A DNA stretch of 64,000 nt from Hyalangium minutum (GTDB lineage Bacteria; Myxococcota; Myxococcia; Myxococcales; Myxococcaceae). A model generated the notes under the pieces. The model saw only the letters and a list, made by a program, of their open reading frames with translations, ran no database searches and was not told the origin of the DNA. The position numbers and the translations under genes were made by a program. The DNA is taken from contig NZ_JMCB01000014.1 in assembly GCF_000737315.1 (NCBI RefSeq), positions 124,001 through 188,000 of the forward strand, in the 5' to 3' direction. Positions 29,901-40,800 of the stretch are shown piece by piece. Position 1 is the stretch's first letter. The number at the start of each line of letters is the position of its first letter.

Positions 29901-32285
29901 GCGGCGAGCCTCGGCGGCGTTGCCGCTCATGAGCTCGCTGCTCGCTTGCTCGAGCTGCACCTTGAAAGCCAGCGCGTGGTCCGTCGCCCAGGGATCACCT
30001 GGGATGAGCGCGAAGGCCATCGAGAGATAGGCGGCGGCCGAGCCGTGCGCGCTCGAAGCCCGGGCCTTCCAACCTGCCTCGGCGTTCAGGCGCGCGAGAC
30101 GGTGGCGCTCCTCGGGGCTGCTGATCAGTTCCACCCCGGTGTTGAGCTGGCTGACGATCTCGAAGAGCTTCTCGCGGACCTCCTCGGGAGACAGGCCCTC
30201 CAGCAGCAGTCGCCCGATGCGCAGGTGGATCGCCTTGCGCTCTCTCTCGAGGATGAAGGCATGCGCCGCCTGCTGGATGCGATCGTGCAGGAACCGGTAT
30301 TCCTCCAGGGCGCTGCGCACCACCAGGCCCTCCTGGAGCGCCGGCTCGAGGCCCCGCTCCGCCTCGTCCGCCTCCATGCCGGAGATGACGGCCAGCATCC
30401 CCAGGGAAAAGCTGTTGCCCACGCACGCCGCCAGGGGGAGCAGGTGCTGGGTGCTCGCGGGAAGCTGGTGCAGGCTGCGAGCCATGAAGTCGACGATGTT
30501 GTCCGAGTAGCCCTTGGCCCGGACGCCCTCGGCCTCCCAGCGCCATCCGCCCCCGGGAGCGCGGCTGAGGAGGCCATCGTGGTGCAGCGCCAGCATCAAC
30601 TGAAGGAGGAAGAACGGGTTGCCGCCGGTCTTCTGTTGGACTTGCTCCGAGAGCGGCACGATGAGCTCCGCCCCCGCGCCGGGGAGCGCATCGCCGACGA
30701 GCTGCTGGACCTGCTCCAGGCTCAGCGGCTCGAGCTGGAGATCGGTGACCGGGGTCTTCGCCTTGCGCACCTCCCCGAGCGTCATCATCAGCGGGTGGGA
30801 GAGGCTGACCTCGTTGTCCCGGTAGGCCCCGATCCACAGCACCGGTGGCGCGTTCTCTTCGATGAGGAGAAACTGGAGGAGCCGGAGGCTGGCCAGGTCC
30901 GCCCACTGCAGATCATCCAGGAACATGACGAGCGGGTGCTCGACAGTGGCGAAGGCTCCGAGGAACTGGAGGAACACCTGGTTGAAGCGGTGCTGCGCCT
31001 CGGCGGGCGGAAGCTCCGGAACCACGGCCTGCGGGCCCATGACGAGCGCGAGCTGAGGAACCAGCTCCACGATGACCTGGCCGTTGCCCTGGAGGGCCTC
31101 GCGCAAGCGCTCACGCCACTGGGCAACCTCCGCGTCGGTGCCTGCCAACAACTGCTGCACCAGCCCCCGGATGGCTTGGGCCAGGGTGGCATAGGGAACA
31201 TCCCGCTGGAGCTGATCGAACTTGCCGCTGAGGAAGAACCCTCGCCGCTGGACCACGGGCTTGTGCAGCTCGTGGACCACCGACGACTTGCCAATGCCGG
31301 AGTAGCCGCGGACCAGGATGAGCTCGGGCTTACCCCCACTCACGATTCGCTCGAAGCCTCGCAGCAACGTGGCGACGTGAGCGTCTCGCCCGTAGAGCCG
31401 CTGGGGAAGCTGGAAGCGGCTGGGGATGTCCCGCTTGCCCAGCACGAAGTCCTCGATGGCGCCCCGGCGCAGGCCCTCCACGCACTCCGCGAGGTCATGC
31501 ATCAACCCCTCGGCGCTCTGGTAGCGCTCCTCGGCCACCTTGGCCAGGCACCGCATCACGATCGCGGACACCACGGGCGGGATGCCGGAGATGAGCTCAT
31601 GTGGCGGCCTCGGCAGCAGCGCCATGTGGGCATGGAACCACGCGAGCGCGTCACCCCCCTGGAACGGCCGGGCTCCCGTGAGGAGTTCGTAGAACGTCAC
31701 GCCCAGGGAATAGAAGTCGGTCCGGTAGTCCAGCGCGCGGTTCATGCGCCCGGTCTGCTCCGGGGACATGTAGGCCAGCGTTCCCTCGATCAGGTGGGTC
31801 GGAGCCGCATCCACATGCTCGGTCCGCTGGAGGGTGGCGGCGCCAAAATCGATGATGTGCGGCTCGCCCGTGGGAGTGACGATGATGTTGGAGGGCTTGA
31901 TGTCCTTGTGGATGACGCCCTGGAGGTGGATCTCCGCGAGGGTCGAAGTCAGCGAGACGGCCAGCTCCAGGAAGCGGGCGAGCTCGAAGGGCCTGCCCAC
32001 CGCCTCGGAGAGGGGCACGCCTTGCACCTCCTCCAAGACCAGAATGGGACGGTCATTGACCCGCTCGCAGCCATAAGGCCGGGTGACGCCGCGCACGCCC
32101 CGGAGCCGCTGAAGGATGCCGTACTCCCGGCGGTACCGCTCGTCCTCGCGCGGGCCGATGGCGGGGCCCACCGGCGTCTTGATGATGACCGGTGCGCCAT
32201 CCACCTCCCGCACCGCCTGAAACAGCATGTTCGAGCCGGTGGCGCGGACAGGACGGCGGAACGTGTACCCCTGAAGGTTCAGCAT
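26985..32285 (-). CDS. Trifunctional Ser/Thr kinase - AAA ATPase - TPR-like - GAF - histidine kinase (1766 aa)
   Basis: HKDIKPSN, DFG and GTLAYMSPEQ (kinase). GYSGIGKS and FLDDLQWAD (Walker A/B). GAF region LCLPL..LYLEN. H-box VLHNVGN, N-box ILINLLRNA and GHGFGL. ATG at 32285. Confidence 0.93.
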   Translation of the reverse strand: MLNLQGYTFRRPVRATGSNMLFQAVREVDGAPVIIKTPVGPAIGPREDERYRREYGILQRLRGVRGVTRPYGCERVNDRPILVLEEVQGVPLSEAVGRPFELARFLELAVSLTSTLAEIHLQGVIHKDIKPSNIIVTPTGEPHIIDFGAATLQRTEHVDAAPTHLIEGTLAYMSPEQTGRMNRALDYRTDFYSLGVTFYELLTGARPFQGGDALAWFHAHMALLPRPPHELISGIPPVVSAIVMRCLAKVAEERYQSAEGLMHDLAECVEGLRRGAIEDFVLGKRDIPSRFQLPQRLYGRDAHVATLLRGFERIVSGGKPELILVRGYSGIGKSSVVHELHKPVVQRRGFFLSGKFDQLQRDVPYATLAQAIRGLVQQLLAGTDAEVAQWRERLREALQGNGQVIVELVPQLALVMGPQAVVPELPPAEAQHRFNQVFLQFLGAFATVEHPLVMFLDDLQWADLASLRLLQFLLIEENAPPVLWIGAYRDNEVSLSHPLMMTLGEVRKAKTPVTDLQLEPLSLEQVQQLVGDALPGAGAELIVPLSEQVQQKTGGNPFFLLQLMLALHHDGLLSRAPGGGWRWEAEGVRAKGYSDNIVDFMARSLHQLPASTQHLLPLAACVGNSFSLGMLAVISGMEADEAERGLEPALQEGLVVRSALEEYRFLHDRIQQAAHAFILERERKAIHLRIGRLLLEGLSPEEVREKLFEIVSQLNTGVELISSPEERHRLARLNAEAGWKARASSAHGSAAAYLSMAFALIPGDPWATDHALAFKVQLEQASSELMSGNAAEARRLLQGLRTRVRSRGEIAAAYGLMHEVHLIAGELQASVTCLLESLSLLGMPMDPHPSWEEAAAAREEVLALLGGRSIESLVDLPLMTDADMKPVMSVLARLFPSAYLTDNNLLVLHVCRMVALSLRYGNTNESVIGYSSLGVLLGPFFKSYQEGHAYGLLACALIDRYNLANERARALFNLEMISYWCRPLAVAHEHALSGFQHALQTNNYLFACYIVGHLVWNRMALGHNLDDVYQDGVARMDFMRKTGFVGVEETTLIVLRYVQQLRGLAPTFGTLDGDGFDEKSLEAALSPAHMSGMVCQYWLSKMQARFMCGSYGEARAAGDQAAAFIWAFIGIIPLLDFHLFRALTLVACCEGAAEEERQRYLKDAEAHWRQLEEWADTCPGTFRALERLVFAELSRLRGRLDEALPAYEEALRMARENGFIQHVALACELAANFYRRRQAPFIAEAYARQAREAYAQWGAHGKVKQLDALWPSLVTLAAPASATNTTTSEGREIDALAVVKAQQAVSSEIVLERLVSTLMRVATENAGAQRGALLLPRGDKLVAVAVTVSTAGGAQSLPPEEAEASLPWTILSYVRRTREHVLIGDASAPHPFSSDPYLARSGAWSVLCLPLMRQESLSGVMYLENRLASGAFTPGRIMLLGQLASQAAISIENARLYAELQHTEAALRSANDELERRVDERTRELKQAQAQLVDTARAAGMAEVASDVLHNVGNVLTSAVINLDQMRSAVAASRLERAAQLSAMLKEHRENLVEFLTHHPRGRVLPDYLSALTEELRHERTQLRANIHEMGLHIEHIHAIIRVQQDYAKSSLMLDKWDLAQLIEDSLRFQLPTLQRHGVSVTCELANVPRVRVDKHKVLQILINLLRNAKDAMAEVPEEHRHVCVKLGAQGHMARIQVVDSGKGFTPEIRKRLFSHGFTTRKEGHGFGLHSSALAAQAMGGRLLLESEGPGKGATATLELPLQKAV

Positions 32286-32342
32286 TAAGTGGAGTCCACC
32301 GTCAGGCCCGCGCTCACGCAAGCCCCCCTGACCACCCCTTCA

Positions 32343-33899
32343 TTAGAAGAGAACGCGCTGGAGTCCCGCCGCCTGGAGCAGGTAGTCCCGGGACTCCTCG
32401 AGGGACGCGCGGAGGCGAGGCCAGTTCACGTCAACCAGGGCGCCTCGCCACTTCCGGATCCTTCCCGCGACGATGACCGTGTCCACGTTGCTGCGCTCCA
32501 TCAACGTCACGACAGCCCCCGGCACATTGTTGAGCGGGGCCACATTGATGGCGTCCGCTCGCAGCAGGAGGATGTCTGCCTCCTTGCCCGGAGTCAGCGA
32601 GCCGACCTTCTGGGAGAGGCGGGCCACCCGGGCGCCCTCGACCGTGGCGAAGCGAATCACATCGCGGCACGTGAGGAGCTCGGGCAGGTTCGTCTCTCCG
32701 TTGATCGCGCGCTCGTTGATGAGCGCCCGCTGAAGGGTGAAGACGGTCCGCATCTGGGTGAAGAAGTCCGCGGTCATCGTGCACTCGACATCGACGCTGA
32801 GCGCGGGCTGGACGCCATGATTGAGCGCGGCCTGGATCGGCGGCATGCCGTGCCGCATGGCCATCTCGATGGGCGCCGCGATCGACACGGTCACTCCCGA
32901 CGCGGCGATCGCCTGCCAGGAGGCCTCCGAGAGGTGGGTGGCGTGGATGAACTCGATGTCCGGGCCGAGCAGGCCTTCGCTCGCGAGCTGCTCCACGAGC
33001 GTCTGCTGGCCGAGCGGGCCAACGAGGTGAGACACGATGTGCAGGCCATTCTGGCGCGCGATCGCCCAGTAGGTCCGGAACGCGGCATCGAACACCTCCC
33101 CGCCCATGGCCAGGGTCAGGAGCTGATCGGTCGAAGAGAAGTACCGGCTGCGGATCCGCTGGAGATCATTCGGGAAGATGTTGCGGGGGCCCACGCCCGG
33201 TGAGTACACGAAGACCGAGCGGCGGCCGGCCTCCTGGAGCCCCTCGATGGCGGCATCGGTGTGCTCCGGAGAATGGCCCGCCTGCGACGTGTCGACGACC
33301 GTGGTCACTCCCGCGTCCAACTGGCTGAGCGAAGCGACGAGCTCGCCGATGAAGACGTCCTTCGGCCTGTAGAACGGCGTGATCCGGGTGTGGATGTAGT
33401 CGAGGTAGTTCTTCTGGCCGTGCGGCAGCCCATCGTTGGACAGCAGGCCGTCTGACAGGAAGCTCCGCAGCGCGGTCTGGTACTGGTGGTGGTGGGTGTC
33501 GACAAACCCCGGCATGACGATCATGCCCGCGGCGTCGATGACGGTCGCCCCCGGGGCATGCAGGTGGGCCCCTACCGCGACGATCTTCTTGCCCTCGATG
33601 AGCACGTCACCCTGAGCGAAGTTTCCAACGCTCGGGTCCATGCTGAGGACCGCGCCCCCTTTCAGCAGGTAGCGCCGGTGCGAAGCACCGGTCTCCCGGG
33701 GCATGTCGCGGTCCTTGTCGCCCATCTCCGGGAGCAGGTCCCCCGGCGAAGGCGCTGCCATCGCAGGCGCGGGAGCCGAAGAGACCGCCACGGCTCCGAG
33801 GGCGGAAGCCCCTGCCGCGAGAAGCTCGCGACGGGAGGCGCTCGCCTTCACGGGCTCGCTGTCATGAATCGAGTGGTCTCCACAGAGCATCTGGCACAT
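32343..33899 (-). CDS. Tat-exported metal-dependent amidohydrolase (TRZ/ATZ/deaminase-like)
   Basis: SRRELL twin-arginine plus hydrophobic region and AMA cleavage site. GFVDTHHH, IEFIHATHL, LSVDVE and GSLTPGKEADILL. Start at 33899 is inferred. Confidence 0.85.
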   Translation of the reverse strand: MCQMLCGDHSIHDSEPVKASASRRELLAAGASALGAVAVSSAPAPAMAAPSPGDLLPEMGDKDRDMPRETGASHRRYLLKGGAVLSMDPSVGNFAQGDVLIEGKKIVAVGAHLHAPGATVIDAAGMIVMPGFVDTHHHQYQTALRSFLSDGLLSNDGLPHGQKNYLDYIHTRITPFYRPKDVFIGELVASLSQLDAGVTTVVDTSQAGHSPEHTDAAIEGLQEAGRRSVFVYSPGVGPRNIFPNDLQRIRSRYFSSTDQLLTLAMGGEVFDAAFRTYWAIARQNGLHIVSHLVGPLGQQTLVEQLASEGLLGPDIEFIHATHLSEASWQAIAASGVTVSIAAPIEMAMRHGMPPIQAALNHGVQPALSVDVECTMTADFFTQMRTVFTLQRALINERAINGETNLPELLTCRDVIRFATVEGARVARLSQKVGSLTPGKEADILLLRADAINVAPLNNVPGAVVTLMERSNVDTVIVAGRIRKWRGALVDVNWPRLRASLEESRDYLLQAAGLQRVLF

Positions 33900-34198
33900 G
33901 TCACATCCCCCTCGGGTTTCACCAGAGCCCTTGGCCGTGCCACCTCTCGGGGCAGCAAGGCCGACTTCCAGTGATTTCTTGTAAACAATAGCCTGCGGCG
34001 GAAGACAGCGTCGAGCGGTGACCTCGGCGCAGGCTGGGGGTGTCACCCCCCAGTTGCCTGGGCACGGTATGCCTACCTCCACCGACTCAGTGCTCGCTCG
34101 TGGAGCGTGCGGTCAGACGCTCCGCTCTGCATGTGCGGCTTCCGACCCACACGTTCCGTCATGAAGCACCATGTACCTGCCCACGGGGGGAGAGACCC

Positions 34199-34513
34199 AT
34201 GAAGTTCCTGAAGGTGCGGTGGCTCGCTGCCGGAGTGCTGGCCGGCGGACTGATGCTCACAGGCTGCTCGGCCAGCAATTCAACCGTGCGCGTGAGCCCT
34301 TATACGGACAACACAGGCATGGGCTTCGGCTACATCAGCAAGACCAAGCAATCGGATTACAACCTCTGGATGCCCCTGGAGGATCCGCTGCGCACCCGGC
34401 AGCAAGAGAACATCTTTGCCGCGGCGGCCGAACCCACCGTTGAACCGACACCCAAGGGGATCGGTGGTTCGGGGCAATGCCCACCGCCAGAGCCCCCGCG
34501 CTCGGCGCAGTAG
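34199..34513 (+). CDS. Small hypothetical lipoprotein (104 aa)
   Basis: MKFLKVRWLAAGVLAGGLMLTG-C lipobox, with GGAGAG upstream. Confidence 0.7.
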   Translation: MKFLKVRWLAAGVLAGGLMLTGCSASNSTVRVSPYTDNTGMGFGYISKTKQSDYNLWMPLEDPLRTRQQENIFAAAAEPTVEPTPKGIGGSGQCPPPEPPRSAQ

Positions 34514-34647
34514 TCCAGCCAGAAACAGGCGTATCAGCCCACCCGCAAGCTTCTTGCTGGGTGGGCCGCGCCACCCTTGCCTCTGCAGAGTGGAGCACTT
34601 GGGGCTGGAGTGAAGCGCGCCCCCTTCGCGCCCCGGTCCCGAGAGCT

Positions 34648-34681
34648 TTGACGCGTCAATTGACGTTCGTTGACGCGCAAA
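34648..34681. promoter_or_regulatory. TTGACG motif cluster upstream of the giant surface-protein gene
   Basis: Perfect palindrome TTGACGCGTCAA (34648-34659), then TTGACG at 34660 and at 34670. Confidence 0.35.
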
Positions 34682-34835
34682 TGATGGCCCTTCCGAAGGG
34701 GCAGCAGCGGCGCCCGGCCTGGAGGCCTCCGTGGTCCCTGGCTTGCAGCCCGTCTGCGCGGAAAGCCCCCTAACGCATCACGACTTCCTCACCACGCCCC
34801 GCGAGCCCCCCATCCCAGCGCGGGGAGATACACCT

Positions 34836-37800
34836 ATGACGAATGTATCCTGGAAGCACATCCCCCGCAGTGCTCTGCTGGCTGTCGCCCTGTGCGCACT
34901 TCCAGTGCAGGCCGGGCCCGACAACGTAGGACTGGGCACCGGCCGTGATGGCGAGCTCACGGTGACCGCGCTGAACACCGTCATCAACAGCTACGCCCAG
35001 GTCACCGCGCCGCTGGCGCCGGGGGACACGACCCTCACGGTGTCGTCCTCCACGGGCTTCACCGCGAGCAAGCTGGTGCTGGTGCATCAGACGACCGGCA
35101 TCGTGCCCACGCCGCCCACGGGAGGCACGGGCCCGATCGATCTCACCAACGACCCGGTGGGCCGGTGGGAGTTCGCGCGGCTGAGCGGCGTCACGGGGAC
35201 CACGCTCACCCTGACCGCGCCGCTGCTCTACTCGTACGCGGCCAGCGTCACCCAGGTCATCTCGGTGCCGGAGTACACCCACCTCACGGTGGACGCGGCC
35301 GGCAGCCTCACCGCACAGGCCTGGAACGGCACCACGGGCGGCGTCCTCATCTTCCTGGCCGCAGGCACCGTGCAACTGGAGGGTGAGCTCAACGTAGACG
35401 GCAAGGGATTGCGGGGGGGCCTGTACGTCCAGGATACCCTCACCACCCGTACCGGCTGCTCGGGAGTGGATGAGGCGGCCCTGGGCGGTGCGCAGAAGGG
35501 CGAGGGCCTCGCCGTCACGCGGTATGGGACCGGGAATACGGGGCGTGGCCATGTGGCCAACGGCGGCGGCGGCGGTGTGTGCGCGCGCGCGGGCGGTGGC
35601 GGCGGTGGCAACGGCGGCGCGGGCGGCGTGGGCGGCAACACGGACTCCTCGCTGGATCCCATGACGGGCCGGCCCGTGGGTGGCACGGGCGGTGTGGCTT
35701 TGACGTACCCCTCGGTCAGCCGCCTGACGCTCGGCGGTGGGGGCGGCGCGGGCCATGGCACCACGACGGGCACCCGCAGAGGCGGCGCGGGTGGCGGCAT
35801 CATCTTCGTCCGTGCCGACGCGCTCCAGGGCGACGGCAGCATCAACGCGAGCGGCGCTCAGGGTGACACCGTCACGGGGCTCAGCGCGGCCCATGGCGGT
35901 GGCGCGGGCGGCACCGTCTACCTGCGACTCAGGACGAGCGCCGACTGTGCGGCGCTGGTGCAGGGCGGTTCGGGTGGCAACACGAACGCCTCCATGCGCT
36001 TCGTGGGTCCTGGCGGTGGTGGCGGCGGTGGCCGTGCGCTGCTCCAGGCCGTCTCGGGCTCCTGTACGATTGATACTGCAGGAGGGAACCCGGGTCAGAC
36101 GGCCACGCTTCCTCCAAGCGGAGACTGGGGCTACGGCGCGCAGGGCGGCGCCAACGGCGTCTTCGTCCAGCTGCCGGAAGGGTTCCCGGTGCTCGCGGCG
36201 CCTGTGGTGGTGACGCCCGCCAACGGCTCCTCGACCCATGACACGACGCCTACCTACTCGGGCACGCTCCCCCCCCCGATCCCCGCGGGGACAACGGTGT
36301 CCGTGATTGTGGACGGGGGAGTGGTGGGCACGGCAACGCCGGATGCCGCTGGCAACTGGTCCTTCACCCCCACGACGCCGCTGGCGCCCGGCTCGCATAC
36401 GGCGAACGCCTTGGCCATCAACCTGGCCGAGGCGGTGGAGAGCATTCCAAGCCCCCCACACACGTTCACGGTGGCCACCACGCCACCCGTGGCCCCTGTG
36501 GTGAACACCCCAGCCAATGGATCGCGCACCAATGACAACACGCCAACCTACACGGGTACGGCGGAGCTGGGCAGCACGGTGACGGTCATTGTGAACAGCT
36601 CACCGATGGGTACTACCCCGGCGGACGCGGCGGGCAACTGGGTGTTCACGCCTACCCCGCCCCTGGCGGAGGGCTCGCATACGGTGAGCGCCACGGCGAC
36701 GGACGCGGCGGGCAACGTCAGCCCCATGTCCAACACCAACGCCTTCACGATCGACATCACCACGCCCGAGGCGCCAGTGGTGGTGACGCCGGCCAACGGC
36801 TCACGGACCGAGGACAGCACGCCGACGTATGCGGGTACAGCGGAGCCGGGCAGCACCGTCATCATCATCGTGGACGGCCCCCCAGTGGGCATCGCCACGG
36901 CGGACGTGGCGGGCAACTGGGCGTTCACGCCCACCCCACCCCTGGCGGAGGGCTCGCACACGGTGAAAGCCACGGCGACGGATGCGGCGGGCAACGTCAG
37001 CCCCGTGTCCAACACCAACACCTTCATGGTGGACGCCACGCCTCCGACGGTGGTGGTGACGACGCCAGCCGAGGGCTCGATCACCCACGACAACACGCCG
37101 ACCTACAGCGGCACGGTAGAGGCGGGCAGCACCGTCACCCTCAGCATGGACGGCACGGTGGTGGGCACTGCGACGGTGACGGGCACGACGTGGACATTCA
37201 CGCAGACCCCTCCGCTGCCGGATGGCCCGCACACGGTGACGGCCTCGGCGACGAATGCGGCGGGCACTGCCACCGACAGCACCACCTTCACAGTCGACAC
37301 CGCGAGCCCGGCCGTGGCGGTGACGGCACCCGCCGAGGGCTCCTCGACCCACGACACCACGCCGACCTACAGCGGCCTGGTATCGGACAATGGACCGGGC
37401 CCGTACATGGTGCTCGTCACGGTGGACGGAACCCCGCTCGGCAACGCGGCGGTGACGGACGGTACCTGGACCTTCGACCCGGCCGTTCCGCTGGCCGATG
37501 GGCCGCACACGGTGACGGCCACGGCCACGGACCTGGCGGGCAACACCGCCGCCGACAGCAACATCTTCACTGTGGACACCTTTGCTCCCGCAGTCTCGGT
37601 GACGACGCCGGCCGACGGCTCGACGACCCATGACTCCACGCCGCTCTACGCCGGTACGGTGGAGGCGGGCGCCACGGTGGTCATCTCCGTGGATGGCACG
37701 GAGGCAGGCCCTGCGCTGGTGACGGACACTGCGTGGACGTTCACGCAGCTCACGGCCCTGTCCGAGGGCTCTCACACGGTGACGGCCACGGCCACCGACC

Positions 37801-40800
37801 CGGGCGGCAACACTGCCACCGACAGCAACAGCTTCACGGTGGACCTGACGCCTCCGACGGTGACGGTGACGACTCCAGGCGAGGGTTCGGGAACCAACGA
37901 CCCCACTCTGGTCTACAGCGGCACGGTGGAGGCGGGCGCCGCGGTGATCATCTCCGTAGACGGCACGGTGGTGGGCGATGCCACGGTGATGGGCACCCGT
38001 TGGACGTTCACCCCATCGACACCGCTGTCAGAGGGTTCGCACACGGTGACCGCCCTGGCCATGGATGCTGCAGGCAACACTGCCAGCGATAGCAATGACT
38101 TCACCGTGGACCTGACCGCTCCGGCAGCGGCGATGGTGGGCATGCCGGCCAATGGCTCGACCATCACCGACTCCACATTGACCTTCAGCGGCATGGCGGA
38201 GCCTGGCAGCACCCTCACTCTCATTGTGGACGGTACGGTCGTGACTACCTCCTCGGTGGAGCCCAGCGGCAGTTGGAGCTTCACGCCCCTCATCGACCTG
38301 TCGAACGGCTCGCACACGGTGACAACCACGGTCACGGATGCCGCAGGCAACACCAGCCCCCACTCCGACACCACCACCTTCATCGTCGAGTTGAATCAGG
38401 CCACCGGGGGCTGGCGCGCCATCGGGACTCTGCTCACCGCCCGCACGGGCCACAAGGCGACGGTGCTGCCCTCCGGCAAGGTGCTGGTCATCGGCGGCGA
38501 GGGCCTCCGCAGCGATGGCACCCGCGGCCCGCTGGCCAGCACCGAGGTGTACGATCCGGCCACGGGGACTTGGAGCCCCACAGGCGCACTGACCACAGCT
38601 CGCCAGAACCACCTGGTGACGACGCTGCTCTCGGGTCAGGTGCTCGTCACCGGCGGCGAAGGCATCCGCAGCGATGGCTCCCGCGGTCCGCTGGCCAGCA
38701 CCGAGGTGTACGATCCGGCCACGGGGATTTGGAGCCCCACAGGCGCTCTGACCACGGCCCGCCAGAACCACTCCGCGGTGCTATTGCCCTCGGGTCAGGT
38801 ACTCGTCACCGGCGGCGAAGGCATCGACAGCGAGGGCACCCTCGGCCCGCTGGCCAGCACCGAGGTGTACGATCCGGCCACGGGGACCTGGAGCCCCACA
38901 GGCGCCCTGACCACGGCTCGCCAGAGCCACTCGGCGACGGTGCTGTTCTCGGGTCAGGTACTCGTCACCGGCGGCGAAGGCATCGACAGCGAGGGCACCC
39001 TCGGCCCGCTGGCCAGCACCGAGGTGTACGATCCGGCCACGAAGACCTGGAGCTCCACAGGCGCTCTGGCCACGGCCCGCAGGAACCACTCGGCGACGAT
39101 GCTGCTCTCGGGCGAGGTGCTCGTCGCCGGCGGCGAGGGCCTCCGCAGCAATGGCACCCGCGTCCTGCTGGCCAGCACCGAGGTGTACGATCCGGCCACG
39201 AAGACCTGGAGCCCCACAGGCGCTCTGGTCACAGCCCGCAGGAACCACTCAGCGGTGCAACTGCCCTCGGGCAGGGTGCTGATCAGCGGAAGCGAGGGCC
39301 CCAGCGGAGCCCTCACCAGCACAGAGGTGTATGCCCCGGGAACGGGGGTGTGGAGCCCGACACGTGACCTGCTCACGGCCCGCTCGGGTCATGCGGTGAC
39401 GCTGTTGCCCTCCGGCCACGTGATCATCACTGGAGGCCAGGCCTCAGGCCGTCCCCTGGGCAGCGTGGAGGTGTACAAGACGGTGGGGGCTTCCTCTCCG
39501 ACGGCGCCGCTGACCGAGGCCCGCTCGGGTTTCTCGACGGTGCTGCTGCCCAACGGGCAGGTGCTGGTGGTGGGAGGCTCAGACTCCGACGGCCGTCCCC
39601 TGGCCAGCGCACGGCTCTACAACCCTTTCACCGGGCAGTGGAGCGAAGCAGCGAACATGGGCATGCCCCGTGCCTCCGCCACGGCCACGCTCTTGCGCAC
39701 CGGCCAGGTCTTGGTCACCGGAGGCAGAGCCGTGGCCCACCGTGGACTGCAAGGCCCCAGCGCGGATGGCGGAGAGGTCCTCTCCACCGCCGAGCTGTTC
39801 GACCCGGTCACGAACACCTGGAGGTCCACCGGCTCGCTCCAAGAGGCCCGCTACGCCCACTCGGCGATCCTGTTGTCCACAGGGAACGTTCTGGTGACAG
39901 GAGGCCTGGATGCCAATGACACCCTCTGCACGACCGCCGAGGTATACGACGTGGCGGCGGGAGCCTGGAGCAAGACGGACTCGATGAACTTCCCTCGCCG
40001 GCAGCACATGGTGGCTCAACTGCCCACGGGCGAGGTGCTGGCCGCCGGCGGCCGGGACTCGCATGACATCCCTCTCGCCAGCGCCGAGGTGTATCACCCG
40101 GTGCAGAAGACCTGGACGAACACGGCTTCCATGAGCACGGCTCGCGCCACCTCGACGGCGGCGCTCTTGCCCACGGGCCAAGTGCTGGTGGTCGGAGGTG
40201 CCAACGACAGCGGTACGCTCTCCACCGCCGAGGTCTACGACCCCACGGGAAGAAAGTGGATTCGCGCATCCTCTCTGAATGCGCCTCGCAAATCCCACAC
40301 CGCGCTGCTGCTGCCCACGGGCCGGGTGCTGATCCTGGGCGGCTCGGATGACCGCCATTTCCTGGACGACGTGGAGGTGTATGACACGAAGCAGAACACG
40401 TGGGAGACCTTGAGCCGACTGGTCGACGCTCGCGAGAACTCCATGACCCTGTTGCTGCCCTCGGGCAAGGTGCTGGTGCTTGGAGGCCAGAATGCCATGG
40501 GCCCTCTGGCGAACTCGGAGTTGTATGACGAGTTCGGGGCTCCTGACTCACGGCGCCCTGTGGTCGAGCAGCCCTCCCCCCAGAAGCCCGATGCCCACTT
40601 CAGAGTGAAGGGCCAGGGCTTCACGGATCCTACCGGAGACAGCTCGAGGGTCCGCATGCAGCTTGCCCCCCTGGGAGCGCTGCGAGACGTGTCCGCGACA
40701 GGATTCTCGGACACTTCCGTGCAAGTCACCCTGCCTGGCGTACCGGAGGGCTTTCACCTGCTCTTCGTGATGGTCCATGACGTTGCCGGGGGGCAGGTCT

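Noticed and set aside
35540-36040. GGC-rich runs as a microsatellite or contingency locus
   Set aside because: They encode the Gly-rich motifs of the N-terminal domain with mixed codons and are not pure tracts.
38480-39340. Regularly spaced repeat as a CRISPR array or DGR template/variable repeat
   Set aside because: The 159-bp in-frame units have no unique spacers. No cas or reverse transcriptase gene is present, and the differences are not adenine-specific.
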